Shown here: positions 1 through 10,081 of the stretch, one piece after another
Position numbering within the stretch: the stretch's first letter is position 1
How the letters are laid out: every line of letters starts with the position of its first letter
Notes under the pieces: generated by a model
Databases searched by the model: none
Told to the model about the DNA's origin: nothing
What the model saw: only the letters and a program-made list of their open reading frames with translations
DNA from: an uncultured Actinomycetes bacterium
Lineage (GTDB): Bacteria > Actinomycetota > UBA4738 > HRBIN12
Assembly: GCA_963786805.1 (NCBI GenBank)
Contig: CAWBAK010000004.1
Span: 242,043 to 306,042 of the forward strand
Length of the DNA stretch: 64,000 bases
Direction: 5' to 3'
Made by a program: the position numbers and the translations under genes

Positions 1-2010
1 GATCCCGCCGCCCACGCCTGCGGCGAGCAGGCGATCGGATAGCTCACCGGACGGTTCGGCGTCCGGCGGGTGAACCCACAGAACAGCTCGGGCAGGCGCA
101 GGTAGTCCGCCTGGACCGCCGCGTCGAACAGCGCCGTGGCCACGCGGTTCGTGGACCGGGCGAACTTGTAGCGCTTGAGTCCCGCGGCGATCAGGGCGTT
201 GTCGTGTGGCCACACGGATCCGTTGTGATAGCTCATCGGGTTGTAGGCAGCCGCCGCCTTGCTCATCGTGCGGATCCCCCAACCGGAGAACATGTCCGGT
301 GAGAGCAGGCGCTTTGCGAGCGCCTGGGCCTTGTCGTCGTCGACGATCCCGCAGTACAGGGCGTGCCCGGGATTGGACGTGATGCTTCGCACCTGCCGCT
401 TGTCGCCGTCCAGCGCCTCCGCGAAGAACTTCTCGTCCTCCATCCAGAAGGCTTCGTTGAACCGGCGCTTGAGCTCCGCGGCGCTGTCTTCCAACCGCTT
501 GGCGTCGTCGGCTCGGCCGAGCGCGCGGTAGACGTCGGCCATCCGGTCTTTGGCGAGGTACGCGTACGCCTGCACCTCGGACAGAGCGATCGGCGGCTCC
601 GCCAGCCGGCCGTCCGCGTGGACGACCGAATCATGTGAGTCCTTCCAGCCCTGGTTCCTCATCCCACGGGCAGACCGGGCCTGGTACTCGACGAATCCGT
701 CGCCATCGAGGTCGCCGTAGCGGTCGATCCACTCCACGGCGGCCTCGGCGGCGGGAAGCAGCTTCTCGGCGAACGCGAGGTCGCCGGTCCACCGGAAGTG
801 CTGCGCGTACAAGATCACGAACCACGGCGTCGAATCGACCGAGCCGTAGTACGGCGTGTGCGGGATGATCCCCGCCCGCGCGAGCTCGCCCTGCCGGATC
901 TCGTGCAGGATCTTGCCGGGCTCCTCGTCGCGCCAGTCGTCGACGACCGTTCCCTGCTTGGCGGCCAGGAGCTCGAGCGCATCCCGCGCCGGCCGTGTGT
1001 TCACCATGAGGAGCTGGTGCGAGGCGATCAGCGCATCGCGGCCGAACACCGTCACGTACCACGGGATGCCGGCCGCGAGCACGGCGCCGTCGTCCGTGTG
1101 CGTGTACAGGGCGCGGAGGTCGCGCAGGCTCCGGTTGAGCAGCTCGTTGAACAGCTCGTTGTCGGTGACGACCTGCGTGGATTCGCGCTCCCACTCCTCG
1201 TAGGAACGGCGGAGCTCGTGGACGGCGTGGTCGAAGTCGACCGAGGATGCCCGGCCGCCCTCGATGATCGGATCGATCGAGGAGCCGATCAGCTTGGTCT
1301 GGTACGGGCCGAGGTGCATCCGGAACACCGCGGTCGCGGCCTCGCCGTCGACGTCGATCCGATCCGGCCGGGACCCGAACTCGATCCGGGTCATGCGCCG
1401 AACCTTGTCGCGCCCGAGGTAGCTGAACTCGATCACGCCCTCCTCGACCACCGGCGGCTCCGGAGGGTCGGACGGCTCGCGCGTCATCCCTCGCACCTCG
1501 AAGATGTCCGCGAAGTCGGCGGCGTAGCGGAACTCAAGGTCGATCGAGACCGGGAACGGGTTGTAGTTCTTCACGCGGACCCGTTCGAACAGCCGCCCGC
1601 TGATCGCGCGGATCCGGCGGATGTTCAGGGTCTGCTGCGGAACGGACAGGATGCTCGCCGTCGTACAGGTCGGGATTCGTCAGGTCGACGTGGGACATGT
1701 AGCCGCGCTCGGACGACGAGGACAGCAGGACCGGGTCGCGGCCGTTGATCGTCAGCCGGAAGTGCGAGAGGAAACGCGTGTCCTTGGAGTAGAGCCCGAG
1801 CCCGTAGTTCCCTCCGTGGTCGAGGTTGCCCTCGAGGTCCGAGTACAGGAACGCGTCGTCTTCCTTGACCGCGAGCGTCTTGCTCGCGAGGTCGGTGACG
1901 AGGACGGGCGTCGCGCCGAGCTCGGGCCGGTCCGCGCCGGGACGTGCTTCGTCGTCCCGAAGACCCGTGTCCGACCGCGGTGGATCTGCGCGGTTCGGAT
2001 CGGCACTCAT
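1..2010 (-). pseudogene. Glycogen debranching enzyme (amylo-alpha-1,6-glucosidase, bacterial GDE family); partial at window edge; single-base insertion frameshift near 1653
   Basis: N-terminal ORF 1534..2010 reads ...RFLSHFRLTINGRDPVLLSSSSERGYMSHVDLTNPDLYDGE and then loses frame. The -1 frame continues with ILSVPQQTLNIRRIRAISGRLFERVRVKNYN. The same frame at the window edge reads ...SYPIACSPQAWAAG, the PQAW motif of the GDE C-terminal domain. Deleting one c in gacggcgagCatcctg restores DGEILSVPQQ. Confidence 0.8.
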
Positions 2011-2104
2011 CTGGGGGTCCGCCCGAGTCTAGGTTCGGCCTGTGCGGCGTTCAATGACATCGCTCACACCATCGTCGCAGGTAGCCCTCGAGATTAGGGC
2101 GAGG

Positions 2105-2983
2105 TCAGGCCCTGGATATCTCGACGCCCGTTGCGCGCACCGGCACCCGCAGGACACGCCATCCCTCACCGGGACCCGGGACCGGGTATCGGTCGCGCTC
2201 GAAGGCGAGCAACGTTGGCCCGCTCCCGGAGACGCACACCGGCACGTTGCCCGCCTGCAGCCGGTCGAACACCTCGCGTACGTCGGGGAAGCGCGCCAGC
2301 CGGGCATCCTGATGGATCCGGTCGCGCATGGCCAGGCGGAGGTGGTCCGGATCGCTCAGGAGACGGGAGAGGGTGAGCGCCGCGTGCCCGATGTTGAAGA
2401 CGGCGACCTCGCGGGAGACGGTCTCGGGCAGGTCCGCTCGGGCGTCCGATGTCGAAAGACGTGCCCGGTCGGGGATCAGAAGGACCGGCCGCAGGCCGGG
2501 GTGGGGCTGGAGCCGCTCGACGTCCTCCCCCGCGACGACGGTGAGACCCCCGAAGACGGCGGCGGCCGCGTTGTCCGGGTGCCCTTCGAGCTCCGATGCG
2601 ACGCGGAACGTCGTCTCCGGATGGTGATGCCCCTCGGCGATGTCGAGCAGCGCGTATCCGAGGGCGATGCCCGCGACCGCGGCCGCGGCGCTCGAGCCCA
2701 GCCCGCGCGCGAGCGGGATCCGGTTCTCCCCGTGCAGATGCAGGCGCGGCAGCGGATGCGTTCGCGTCTGCATGGCCATCGTCTCTACGTGGCGCATCGC
2801 ACGGCTCACCAAGTCGGTGCCGTCGGTCGGGAGCTCGTCCGCGCCCTCGCCCTCCCAGCTGACGCCGGGCTCGGCATCGGTGTCGACCGTGACCTCGTTG
2901 CACAGGTCGAGCGCGAGGCCGAAGCAGTCGAAGCCGGGCCCGAGGTTCGCCGACGTCGCCGGGACGCGCGCGGTCAGCTTCAT
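2105..2983 (-). CDS. thrB: Homoserine kinase
   Basis: 292-aa ORF with the GHMP kinase motif ANLGPGFDCFGLAL and ...GLGSSAA. It lies directly downstream of thrC in the same orientation. Confidence 0.93.
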   Translation of the reverse strand: MKLTARVPATSANLGPGFDCFGLALDLCNEVTVDTDAEPGVSWEGEGADELPTDGTDLVSRAMRHVETMAMQTRTHPLPRLHLHGENRIPLARGLGSSAAAAVAGIALGYALLDIAEGHHHPETTFRVASELEGHPDNAAAAVFGGLTVVAGEDVERLQPHPGLRPVLLIPDRARLSTSDARADLPETVSREVAVFNIGHAALTLSRLLSDPDHLRLAMRDRIHQDARLARFPDVREVFDRLQAGNVPVCVSGSGPTLLAFERDRYPVPGPGEGWRVLRVPVRATGVEISRA

Positions 2984-3020
2984 GTCGCCCTCGTTGCTCC
3001 GGCGCCGCGCGCCTCCGCGA

Positions 3021-4076
3021 TCAGAGACCGAGCTCCGTCGCGACGGCGTGCGCGTCCGCCGGCACCGACGGCGGATGGGCGGCCCCGGTGATCGCCCACT
3101 CGGGATCCTTCAGGCCGTGTCCGGTGAGGACGCAGACCACGGTCGCGCCCTTGGGCAGGTCGCCGCGCTCGGAGATCTGCAAGAGCCCCGCGACGCTGGC
3201 CGCGGAGGCGGGCTCCGCGAACAGTCCCTCGTGGGCGATCTTCCGGTACGCGGAGAGGATCTCGCGGTCGGTGACCGCGAGGATGGCACCCTCGGACTCC
3301 TTCGCCGCCGCCACCGCCTTGTCCCAAGACGCCGGATTCCCGATCCGGATCGCCGTCGCGATCGTCTGTGGGTCCTTCACGGGAGCCCCCGCGACGATCG
3401 GCGCGGCGCCGGCCGCCTGGAACCCGAACAGGCGGGGAGGCTCGTGGATGATCCCGTCGGCCAGGTACTCCGAGTACCCCATCCAGTGACTCGAGATGTT
3501 CCCGGCGTTGCCCACGGGCACGAAGTGCAGATCGGGAGCGCGGCCGAGCGCGTCGACGACCTCGAACGCGAGCGTCTTCTGTCCCTGCAGCCGGTACGGG
3601 TTCACCGAGTTCACGAGCGTGACCGGGTAGTGGGCAGCGAGATCCTGCGCGAGCTCGAGGGACTCGTCGAAGTTGCCCTGCACCTCGAGCACGCGCGCGC
3701 CGTGGACCAGCGTTCCGGCCATCTTGCCGAGCGCGACCTTCCCTTTGGGGACCAGGACCGCGCAGGTGAGCCCCGCCTTCGCCGCGTAGGCCGCGGCGCT
3801 CGCGCTCGTGTTCCCGGTCGACGCGCACACGACGGCCTTCGATCCCTCCTCGAGCGCCTTGCTGATGGCGAGCGTCATCCCCCGGTCCTTGAACGAGGCC
3901 GTCGGGTTCGCGCCTTCGTACTTGAGCCAGACCTCGCATCCGGTCGCCTGCGAGAGCGGCTCGGAGCGGACGAGCGGGGTGCCGCCCTCGCACAGCGTGA
4001 CGACCGGCGTCGCATCGTCGACCGGCAGGCGGTCGCGGTACTCCTCGATGACGCCGCGCCAGAGCCTGGCGGTCAC
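3021..4076 (-). CDS. thrC: Threonine synthase (PLP-dependent). GTG start overlaps the hom stop as GTGA.
   Basis: ORF 3021..4373 contains [32 protein letters not shown]...ASFKDRGMT...[14 protein letters not shown]. The N-terminal 99 codons of the track ORF are Arg-rich overlap with hom. A GTG at 4076 gives [13 protein letters not shown] and a 4-nt GTGA overlap with the hom stop. Confidence 0.9.
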   Translation of the reverse strand: MTARLWRGVIEEYRDRLPVDDATPVVTLCEGGTPLVRSEPLSQATGCEVWLKYEGANPTASFKDRGMTLAISKALEEGSKAVVCASTGNTSASAAAYAAKAGLTCAVLVPKGKVALGKMAGTLVHGARVLEVQGNFDESLELAQDLAAHYPVTLVNSVNPYRLQGQKTLAFEVVDALGRAPDLHFVPVGNAGNISSHWMGYSEYLADGIIHEPPRLFGFQAAGAAPIVAGAPVKDPQTIATAIRIGNPASWDKAVAAAKESEGAILAVTDREILSAYRKIAHEGLFAEPASAASVAGLLQISERGDLPKGATVVCVLTGHGLKDPEWAITGAAHPPSVPADAHAVATELGL

Positions 4077-5368
4077 GGCTCCTCGGCCTCCACGCGGAGC
4101 ACACTCCGGACCTCCTCGACCCCCGCGATCGCTTCGAGCTCGGAGACCGCCTGTTGGAACGCTCCTTCCTGCGCCCGGTGCGTGACGAACACGAGCTGCG
4201 CGTCCGCCCCGATCCCCTCCTGCCACACGCTCTTGATGGAGACCTCGTTTCGGCCGAGCGCGCCGGCGATCTCGGCGAGCACGCCGGGACGATCCTCGAC
4301 CCGAAGAAGGATGTAGTACTGCCCCGTCATCTCGGCCATCGGCCGGATCGTGCGCTCGTAGAAGCACGTGCACCCGACGCCACGGGCCTCGGCGATCAGG
4401 TTCCGCGCGACCGCGATCAGATCGCCGACGACCGCCGTCGCCGTCGGGTCGCCGCCGGCGCCGCGGCCGTAGAACATCAGCTCGCCCACCCTGGGGCCTT
4501 CGACGAACACCGCGTTGAACGCATCACGGACGCTGGCGAGCGGATGGGCCGCGGGGATCATCGCGGGATGGACGCGGACGGCGATCCGCTCGTCCTCGCC
4601 CATCTCCGCGATCGCGAGCAGCTTCACGACGTAGCCGAGCCGCCGGGCGTACTCGATGTCCTCGGAGCTCACCCGCGAGATCCCCTCGCGGTACACGTCG
4701 TCGGCGACGACGCGCGCGTTGAAGGCGATCGATGCGAGGATCGCGCACTTGGCGGCCGCGTCATGGCCGTCGACGTCGGCGGACGGGTCCGCCTCCGCGT
4801 AGCCCAGGTCCTGCGCCTCGCGCAGGACGTCATCGAACCCGCGTCCCTCCTCCGACATCTTCGTGAGGATGAAGTTCGTCGTGCCGTTCACGATGCCCAT
4901 CACCCGGCGCAGTCGTTCGCCGGCGAGCGATTCCTTCAACGGCCGGATGAGCGGGATCCCGCCGCCGACCGCCGCCTCGAAGTACAGGTCCAGGCCCTTG
5001 GCATCCGACGCGTCGAACAGCTCCCGCCCACGCGTGGCGAGGAGCTCCTTGTTCGCGGTCACGACGGGCTTGTCCCGATCGAACGCGCCTTTGATGAGCG
5101 CCCCGGCGGGCTCCACGCCTCCGAGGAGCTCGCAGACGATGTCGACGTCCGGGTCGTCGATCACCTCGAGCGGATCGGTCACGAACCGCGACCGATCGAG
5201 CGGAACGTTCCGCGGCTTCGCCGGATCTCGAACGGCGACCTTCGCCACCTCCAGGCGGCAGCCGGCGCGCCGGGCGATATCGTCGCGATGCTCGTCGAGC
5301 AGGCGGATGACGGCGGCGCCCACGTTGCCGCAGCCGAGCATCCCGACCTTCATGACCCGCTCGCTCAT
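4073..5368 (-). CDS. hom: Homoserine dehydrogenase
   Basis: [24 protein letters not shown]..., the NAD-binding and catalytic domains, and a C-terminal ACT domain. The start is chosen at the ATG preceded by GGGAGGGAAG. The upstream part of track ORF 4073..5770 is junk overlapping the GNAT gene. Confidence 0.9.
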   Translation of the reverse strand: MSERVMKVGMLGCGNVGAAVIRLLDEHRDDIARRAGCRLEVAKVAVRDPAKPRNVPLDRSRFVTDPLEVIDDPDVDIVCELLGGVEPAGALIKGAFDRDKPVVTANKELLATRGRELFDASDAKGLDLYFEAAVGGGIPLIRPLKESLAGERLRRVMGIVNGTTNFILTKMSEEGRGFDDVLREAQDLGYAEADPSADVDGHDAAAKCAILASIAFNARVVADDVYREGISRVSSEDIEYARRLGYVVKLLAIAEMGEDERIAVRVHPAMIPAAHPLASVRDAFNAVFVEGPRVGELMFYGRGAGGDPTATAVVGDLIAVARNLIAEARGVGCTCFYERTIRPMAEMTGQYYILLRVEDRPGVLAEIAGALGRNEVSIKSVWQEGIGADAQLVFVTHRAQEGAFQQAVSELEAIAGVEEVRSVLRVEAEEP

Positions 5369-5922
5369 CGTTCGGACGCTTCCCTCCCGTTCTCGTCCCC
5401 GCCCGCCTGCGCCGACTCCGGCCCAAGCCAGAGCGCCATCAGTATCTCGTCCTCGTAACCGTAGGACTTCTTCGAGTGGCGGACGAGCCTGCCCTCTTGG
5501 ACGAAGCCGAACCGGCGGTAGAGCGCGATCGCCGCGTCGTTGTTCGGGTAGACGCTCAGCTCGATGCGCTCGACGCGGTAGGAGCGAGCCCAGCGGAGCG
5601 CCTCGTCGAGAAGGGCGGACCCCAGGCCTCGACGCCGGTGGGTCGAGACGACGAGCATGTCGAGCGTCGCGACGTGGTGCGTCACCGGATGGTCGTCCCG
5701 CCGGATCGAGATGCTCCCCACCACCCGGTCGTCGTCGAGCGCGAGCAGGTGCGCGGCATCCTCGTGCCACGATCGCCGGAAGCGCTTCCGGAACAGGCGG
5801 TGGCTGTGCGTGACGGCCTCGGTCCGGATGAAGCGCATCTCGGCCGCCACCCCGCGATAGGCGTCGAGGAACGAACGTGCATCTCCGGGGCGCGCGGGAC
5901 GGATCTCGAACTCCCGGGTCAC
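5365..5922 (-). CDS. GNAT family N-acetyltransferase
   Basis: ...IRPARPGDARSFLDAYRGVAAEM...VATLDMLVVSTHRRRGLGSALLDEALRWAR...IELSVYPNNDAAIALYRRFGF shows the acetyl-CoA-binding R/Q-x-x-G-x-G/A motif. A GTG at 5922 overlaps the argS stop as GTGA. Confidence 0.7.
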   Translation of the reverse strand: MTREFEIRPARPGDARSFLDAYRGVAAEMRFIRTEAVTHSHRLFRKRFRRSWHEDAAHLLALDDDRVVGSISIRRDDHPVTHHVATLDMLVVSTHRRRGLGSALLDEALRWARSYRVERIELSVYPNNDAAIALYRRFGFVQEGRLVRHSKKSYGYEDEILMALWLGPESAQAGGDENGREASER

Positions 5923-7583
5923 CCGGTCCGCTCCATCGACTCCGGCGCCGAGACGCCGAGGAGACCGAGGAGGTTGGCGATCACCTGCTTCGACGCGGTG
6001 CAGAGCCACAGCCGAGCCTGCGTCAGCTCGGCGTCCTCCGACAGCACCGGGCACTCGGTGTAGAAGCGGTGGAACCTCGCCGCGAGGTCCTGCGCGGCGT
6101 GCGTGAGCCGATGCGGGGCGCGCAGGTCGGCGGCGGTGTGGATCTGTGCGGGCACGCCGGCGATCGCGCGGAGCAGGTCGAGCTCGGCCTCGTGGGTCAA
6201 CAGGGAGAGGTCGGCCTCGTCGACGGCCCGAAGGGCGACCCCGCGCTCGGCCGCCTTGCGCAGGATCGAGGCGATCCGCGCGTGGCCGTACTGCACGTAG
6301 TAGACGGGGTTGTCCATCGACTGGCGCTTCACCGCCTCGATGTCGAAGTTCATCGTCGAGTCGTTGCTGAACATCAACAGATGGAATCGCGCCGCGTCGG
6401 CGCCGACCTCATCGATCAGCTGATCGAGCGTGACGAAGTCCCCGGCGCGCTTGCTCATCGCCACCGGCTCGCCGCCGCGAAGGAACGAGACCCACTGATA
6501 GATGACGATCTCGACGGCGGAGGGGTCGTAGCCGAGCGCCTGCGCCGCCCCCCGGACCCGGACGACGTCCCCGTGGTGATCGGCGCCCCAGACGTAGACG
6601 AGGTGGTCGAACCCGCGCGAGAACTTGTCGATCAGGTACGCGCAGTCGGCGGCGAAGTACGTGTGCCGGCCGTCGGAGCGGACGAGCACGCGGTCCTTGT
6701 CGTCGCCGAACGCCGTCGAGCGGAACCACGTCGCGCCCTCGGCCTCATACGCGAGCCCGGCCGAAAGGAGCCGTTCCACCGCCTCGGCCACCTCTCCGCG
6801 CTCGACAAGCACGCTCTCGGAAGTGAAGACGTCGAAGCGGACGCCGAAGCGGTCGAGCGTCGCGCGGATCCATTCGAGGACGCGCTTCACGCCTTCTTCG
6901 CGAAGCCGGATCATGCGCTCGTCCGGCGGCAGGTCCGCCAGACCCGGTCCCTCTTCCTCGAGGATGGTCTTGGCCAGGTCCGTGACGTAGTCGCCGTGAT
7001 ACCCGTCCTCCGGCACCGGAGCGTCGAGCCCGACCAGAGACAGGTACCGGGCCTCGACGCTGGCGCCGAACCGGTCCATCTGTCCGCCGGCGTCGTTGAA
7101 GTAGAACTCGCGCTCAACCTCCCACCCGGCGAACTCGAGGAGCCCCGCGAGCGCGTCTCCGAGTGCCGCGTTCCGGGCGTGGCCGATGTGGAGAGGGCCC
7201 GTGGGGTTCGCGCTCAGGAACTCGACCTGCGCCCGCCGGCCGCTCGGCTCGGCCCGGCCGTAGGCGGCGCCCTTCTCGACCGTCTCCCGAAGCGCCGAGT
7301 GGAGCCAGATATCGGTCACCCGGAAGTTGATGAAGCCCGGCCCCGCCACCTCGGAGGACTCCACGAGGTCCGACTGCGGAAGGTTACGGACGATCAGCTC
7401 GGCGACCTCGCGCGGCGGCATCCCGACGAGCTTCGCGAGCGAGAGCGCGAGGCTCGTCGCGAAGTCGCCGTGTTCCTTCTGGCGTGGCTTCTCGAGCTTG
7501 ATCTCGAGCGGCGAACCGTCGGGCAGGAGGCCCGCCGCGACGACGGCCGAACGAAGCAGCTCGGAGAGTCGCTCCTCGATCAT
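5919..7583 (-). CDS. argS: Arginine--tRNA ligase
   Basis: 554-aa ORF with the class I HIGH motif (PTGPLHIGHARNAALGD) and DALR anticodon-binding features. Confidence 0.95.
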   Translation of the reverse strand: MIEERLSELLRSAVVAAGLLPDGSPLEIKLEKPRQKEHGDFATSLALSLAKLVGMPPREVAELIVRNLPQSDLVESSEVAGPGFINFRVTDIWLHSALRETVEKGAAYGRAEPSGRRAQVEFLSANPTGPLHIGHARNAALGDALAGLLEFAGWEVEREFYFNDAGGQMDRFGASVEARYLSLVGLDAPVPEDGYHGDYVTDLAKTILEEEGPGLADLPPDERMIRLREEGVKRVLEWIRATLDRFGVRFDVFTSESVLVERGEVAEAVERLLSAGLAYEAEGATWFRSTAFGDDKDRVLVRSDGRHTYFAADCAYLIDKFSRGFDHLVYVWGADHHGDVVRVRGAAQALGYDPSAVEIVIYQWVSFLRGGEPVAMSKRAGDFVTLDQLIDEVGADAARFHLLMFSNDSTMNFDIEAVKRQSMDNPVYYVQYGHARIASILRKAAERGVALRAVDEADLSLLTHEAELDLLRAIAGVPAQIHTAADLRAPHRLTHAAQDLAARFHRFYTECPVLSEDAELTQARLWLCTASKQVIANLLGLLGVSAPESMERTG

Positions 7584-7598
7584 CGGCGGGAACGCCGG

Positions 7599-7985
7599 TC
7601 AGGCATCCGCCCGGTCGATCGCCCGGCGAACCATCTCGACGAGGTCGGCGGGGTCGAAGGGCTTCGTGACGTGAGCGTGCACCTCGGCAGCGTAGCGGTC
7701 GCCCGATGCGCCGTCGCGGTCGGTGCCCGAAAGGACCAGCAGCGGTGTTTCGGTGAGGCCCGGCAGCGATCGAAGCCGCGTCACGAGCTCACGGCCGTCG
7801 ATGTCCGGCAGGCCGAGGTCGAGCACGACCGCATCGGGTGTCTCCGCGGAGGCGGCAGCGACTGCCTGGGCCCCGGTCAGGGCCGTGCGGACCGAGAACC
7901 CCGCGGCCACGAAATTGACCTCGAGCATCCGCACCAAGATCGCTTCGTCATCGACGAGCAACACGAGCGGCGACCTATCCGTCAC
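7599..7985 (-). CDS. Single-domain response regulator (CheY-like receiver only)
   Basis: 128 aa: LVLLVDDEAILVRMLEVNFVAAGF...DAVVLDLGLPDIDG...HAHVTKPFDPADLV. The phospho-acceptor Asp and the conserved Lys are present. There is no output domain. Confidence 0.8.
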   Translation of the reverse strand: MTDRSPLVLLVDDEAILVRMLEVNFVAAGFSVRTALTGAQAVAAASAETPDAVVLDLGLPDIDGRELVTRLRSLPGLTETPLLVLSGTDRDGASGDRYAAEVHAHVTKPFDPADLVEMVRRAIDRADA

Positions 7986-8043
7986 ACACCGAGCATAAGC
8001 GCCGTTCGGCGCGGCGGACCCGATTGCTAGACTCCCTGCGTCC

Positions 8044-8116
8044 GCCCTCGTAGCTCAGCGGATAGAGCACCGGCCTCCGGAGCCGGGGGCGCAGGTTCGA
8101 GTCCTGCCGAGGGCAC
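8044..8116 (+). tRNA. tRNA-Arg (anticodon CCG)
   Basis: GCCCTCGTAGCTCAGCGGATAGAGCACCGGCCTCCGGAGCCGGGGGCGCAGGTTCGAGTCCTGCCGAGGGCA folds as a cloverleaf with a 7-bp acceptor stem, T-loop GGTTCGAGTCC, and anticodon loop CTCCGGA (anticodon CCG). CCA is not encoded. Confidence 0.85.
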
Positions 8117-8181
8117 CCTCGCCCCAGCCGTGCACGCGAAGACCACCACCGTCCACATCGCACTGCTATCGTTCGCTGCCG

Positions 8182-9528
8182 ATGAACGCCGACGAGCTCC
8201 GAGTCGCGATCGCGGAAAACATGCCACGCAACGTGGACGAGCTGTCGCGTCTGGTGCGGATCCCGTCGATCGCGTTCCCGGACTACGACGGAGCGCCCGT
8301 GCGGGCGTCCGCCGAGACTACGGCCGAGATCCTCGAGGCCTCCGGGTTCGGCGACGTTCGGCTCATGGAACTCCCGGACGGCATCGAGCATCCGGCGGTG
8401 TTCGGCGAGGTCCGTGGGCCGGCCGGCGCGCCGACGGTCCTTCTGTATGCGCACCACGACGTGCAGCCCGAAGGCCCGCTCGAGCAATGGACGAGCCCGC
8501 CGTTCGAGCCGGAGGTCCGCGAGGGGCGTCTGTTCGGACGGGGAAGCTCCGACGACAAGTGCGGGATCGTGATGCACGCCGCCGCCTTGCGAGCCTGGGC
8601 AGGCGCACCCCCGGTGACCCTCAAGGTCATCGTCGAAGGCGAGGAGGAGGCGAGTACCGCCCACCTGCCCTTCCTGATCGAGGGCCACCAGGACATGCTC
8701 GCGGCCGACGTCGTCTCGGTTGCCGACGGTGGGAACTGGCGGACGGGGATCCCGGCCCTCGAGACGAGCATCCGCGGTGTCGTCGACTGTCGCGTGACGG
8801 TCCGCGTCCTCGATCTCGCCGTGCACTCGGGCTCGTTCGGTGGCGTGATCCCCGATGCCCTGTCCGCGCTCGCCCGGATCCTCGCGACCCTGCACGACGA
8901 GCAGGGCGATGTGGCGATCGGGGGCCTCATGACGTCGGTCTGGGACGGCGTCCAGATCAGCGAGGACGAGCTGCGCGAGGAGACACCGCTCCGGCCCGGC
9001 GTCCAGCTCATCGGCACGGGGACGATCGCGGAGCGGCTGTGGACGAAGCCGGCGGTCTCCGTCCTTGGCATCGACGCGCCCAGGGTCCGCGAGGCCTCCA
9101 ACCAGCTCGTTCCGGTCGCCACCGCCAAGGTGAGCCTTCGGATCCCGCCGGAGGAGGATCCTCCGAGGGCACGTGCTCTGCTCGCCCGGCACCTGGCCGA
9201 GCACGCTCCATGGGGCGTCGAGGTCTCGGTGGTGGAGGGTGACGCGGGGCAGGGGCTTCGGCTGCGGAGCGATGGGCCCGCGTTCGCCGCGATGGGTCGC
9301 GCGATGGCGCAGGCCTACGGCCGCGAGCCGGTCCAGATCGGATCGGGTGGATCCGTTCCGCTCGTCCCCATGCTGGCCCGGGCGTTGCCGCAAGCCGAGA
9401 TCCTGATCTACGGCGCATCCGACGAGAAGAGCCAGTACCACTCCGTCGACGAGAGCGTCGATCTCGGCGACTTCGAGCGCTCGATCCTGGCCGAGGCCCT
9501 GCTGTTCGGCGAGCTCGGCACGAGCTGA
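8182..9528 (+). CDS. M20 family metallopeptidase (dipeptidase/ArgE-DapE-ACY1-like)
   Basis: 448 aa with the LLYAHHDVQP metal-binding motif, GRGSSDDKCGIVMH, and an EGEEE..S metal ligand region. Confidence 0.85.
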   Translation: MNADELRVAIAENMPRNVDELSRLVRIPSIAFPDYDGAPVRASAETTAEILEASGFGDVRLMELPDGIEHPAVFGEVRGPAGAPTVLLYAHHDVQPEGPLEQWTSPPFEPEVREGRLFGRGSSDDKCGIVMHAAALRAWAGAPPVTLKVIVEGEEEASTAHLPFLIEGHQDMLAADVVSVADGGNWRTGIPALETSIRGVVDCRVTVRVLDLAVHSGSFGGVIPDALSALARILATLHDEQGDVAIGGLMTSVWDGVQISEDELREETPLRPGVQLIGTGTIAERLWTKPAVSVLGIDAPRVREASNQLVPVATAKVSLRIPPEEDPPRARALLARHLAEHAPWGVEVSVVEGDAGQGLRLRSDGPAFAAMGRAMAQAYGREPVQIGSGGSVPLVPMLARALPQAEILIYGASDEKSQYHSVDESVDLGDFERSILAEALLFGELGTS

Positions 9529-9547
9529 CGGTTCGACGGCTGCTACG

Positions 9548-10081
9548 GTGGAACTCGTGGACGAACCCGCCATCCCACCGCCGTCCGCCGGGCAGGAAGA
9601 GCCGGTCGCGCAGGCAGAGCCGGTCCCGCAGGCCGAGCCGGTCGCGCAGGCCGAGCCGGTCCAGATGGCGGAGCCGCCGCAGGAATCGATCACCCAGCCG
9701 GCGAAGCTGCTCCGGATCGCGAGCATGGTTCGCGAGCTCTTGGAGGAGACACGCCAGGCCTCCCTCGACGAGCCCGGCCGGCTGCGGCTGCGCGAGATCT
9801 ACGGCCGATCCGTGAAAGAGCTGGCCGAGGTCCTGTCGCCGGACCTTCGCGAGGAGCTCGAGTCCCTCATGCCCCCGATGGAGGGCGTTCCGTCGAACGC
9901 GGAGATCCGCGTCGCCCAGGCCCAGTTGGTCGGCTGGCTCGAAGGGCTGTTCCACGGGATCCAGGCCGCGCTGTTCGCGCAGCAGGCGGCGGCTCGAGCC
10001 CAGTTCGAGGAGCTCCGTCGCCGGGGCCTGCCGAGCGGCACCGATCCGCAAGGGCCCGACGCCCGCGGGCAGTACCTCTAG
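9548..10081 (+). CDS. bpa: Bacterial proteasome activator Bpa/PafE-like protein with C-terminal GQYL
   Basis: 177 aa with a low-complexity N-terminus of AEPVxQ repeats and a helical body. The extreme C-terminus is ...DARGQYL, the GQYL proteasome-gate-docking motif of Mycobacterium Bpa (Rv3780). Confidence 0.7.
   Translation: MELVDEPAIPPPSAGQEEPVAQAEPVPQAEPVAQAEPVQMAEPPQESITQPAKLLRIASMVRELLEETRQASLDEPGRLRLREIYGRSVKELAEVLSPDLREELESLMPPMEGVPSNAEIRVAQAQLVGWLEGLFHGIQAALFAQQAAARAQFEELRRRGLPSGTDPQGPDARGQYL
9590..9665 (+). repeat. Imperfect 18-bp tandem repeat (about 4 copies) encoding (A)EPV(A/P)Q within bpa
   Basis: gcagagccggtcccgcag / gccgagccggtcgcgcag / gccgagccggtcca... repeats are visible in the sequence. 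Confidence 0.6.

Noticed and set aside
798-1748. 316-aa plus-strand ORF and the 187/123-aa minus ORFs at 263..1194
   Set aside because: They overlap the glycogen-debranching-enzyme gene, whose true (minus, non-ATG-initiated, edge-truncated) frame is not listed in the track. Their translations are low-complexity.
2640-4316. 558-aa plus-strand ORF and the 374-aa and 245-aa minus-strand ORFs over thrC/thrB
   Set aside because: These are alternate frames of the thr operon. The real thrC and thrB frames carry the PLP and GHMP motifs.
5877-8030. 717-aa plus-strand ORF
   Set aside because: It is antisense to argS and the response-regulator gene and carries no recognisable motifs.
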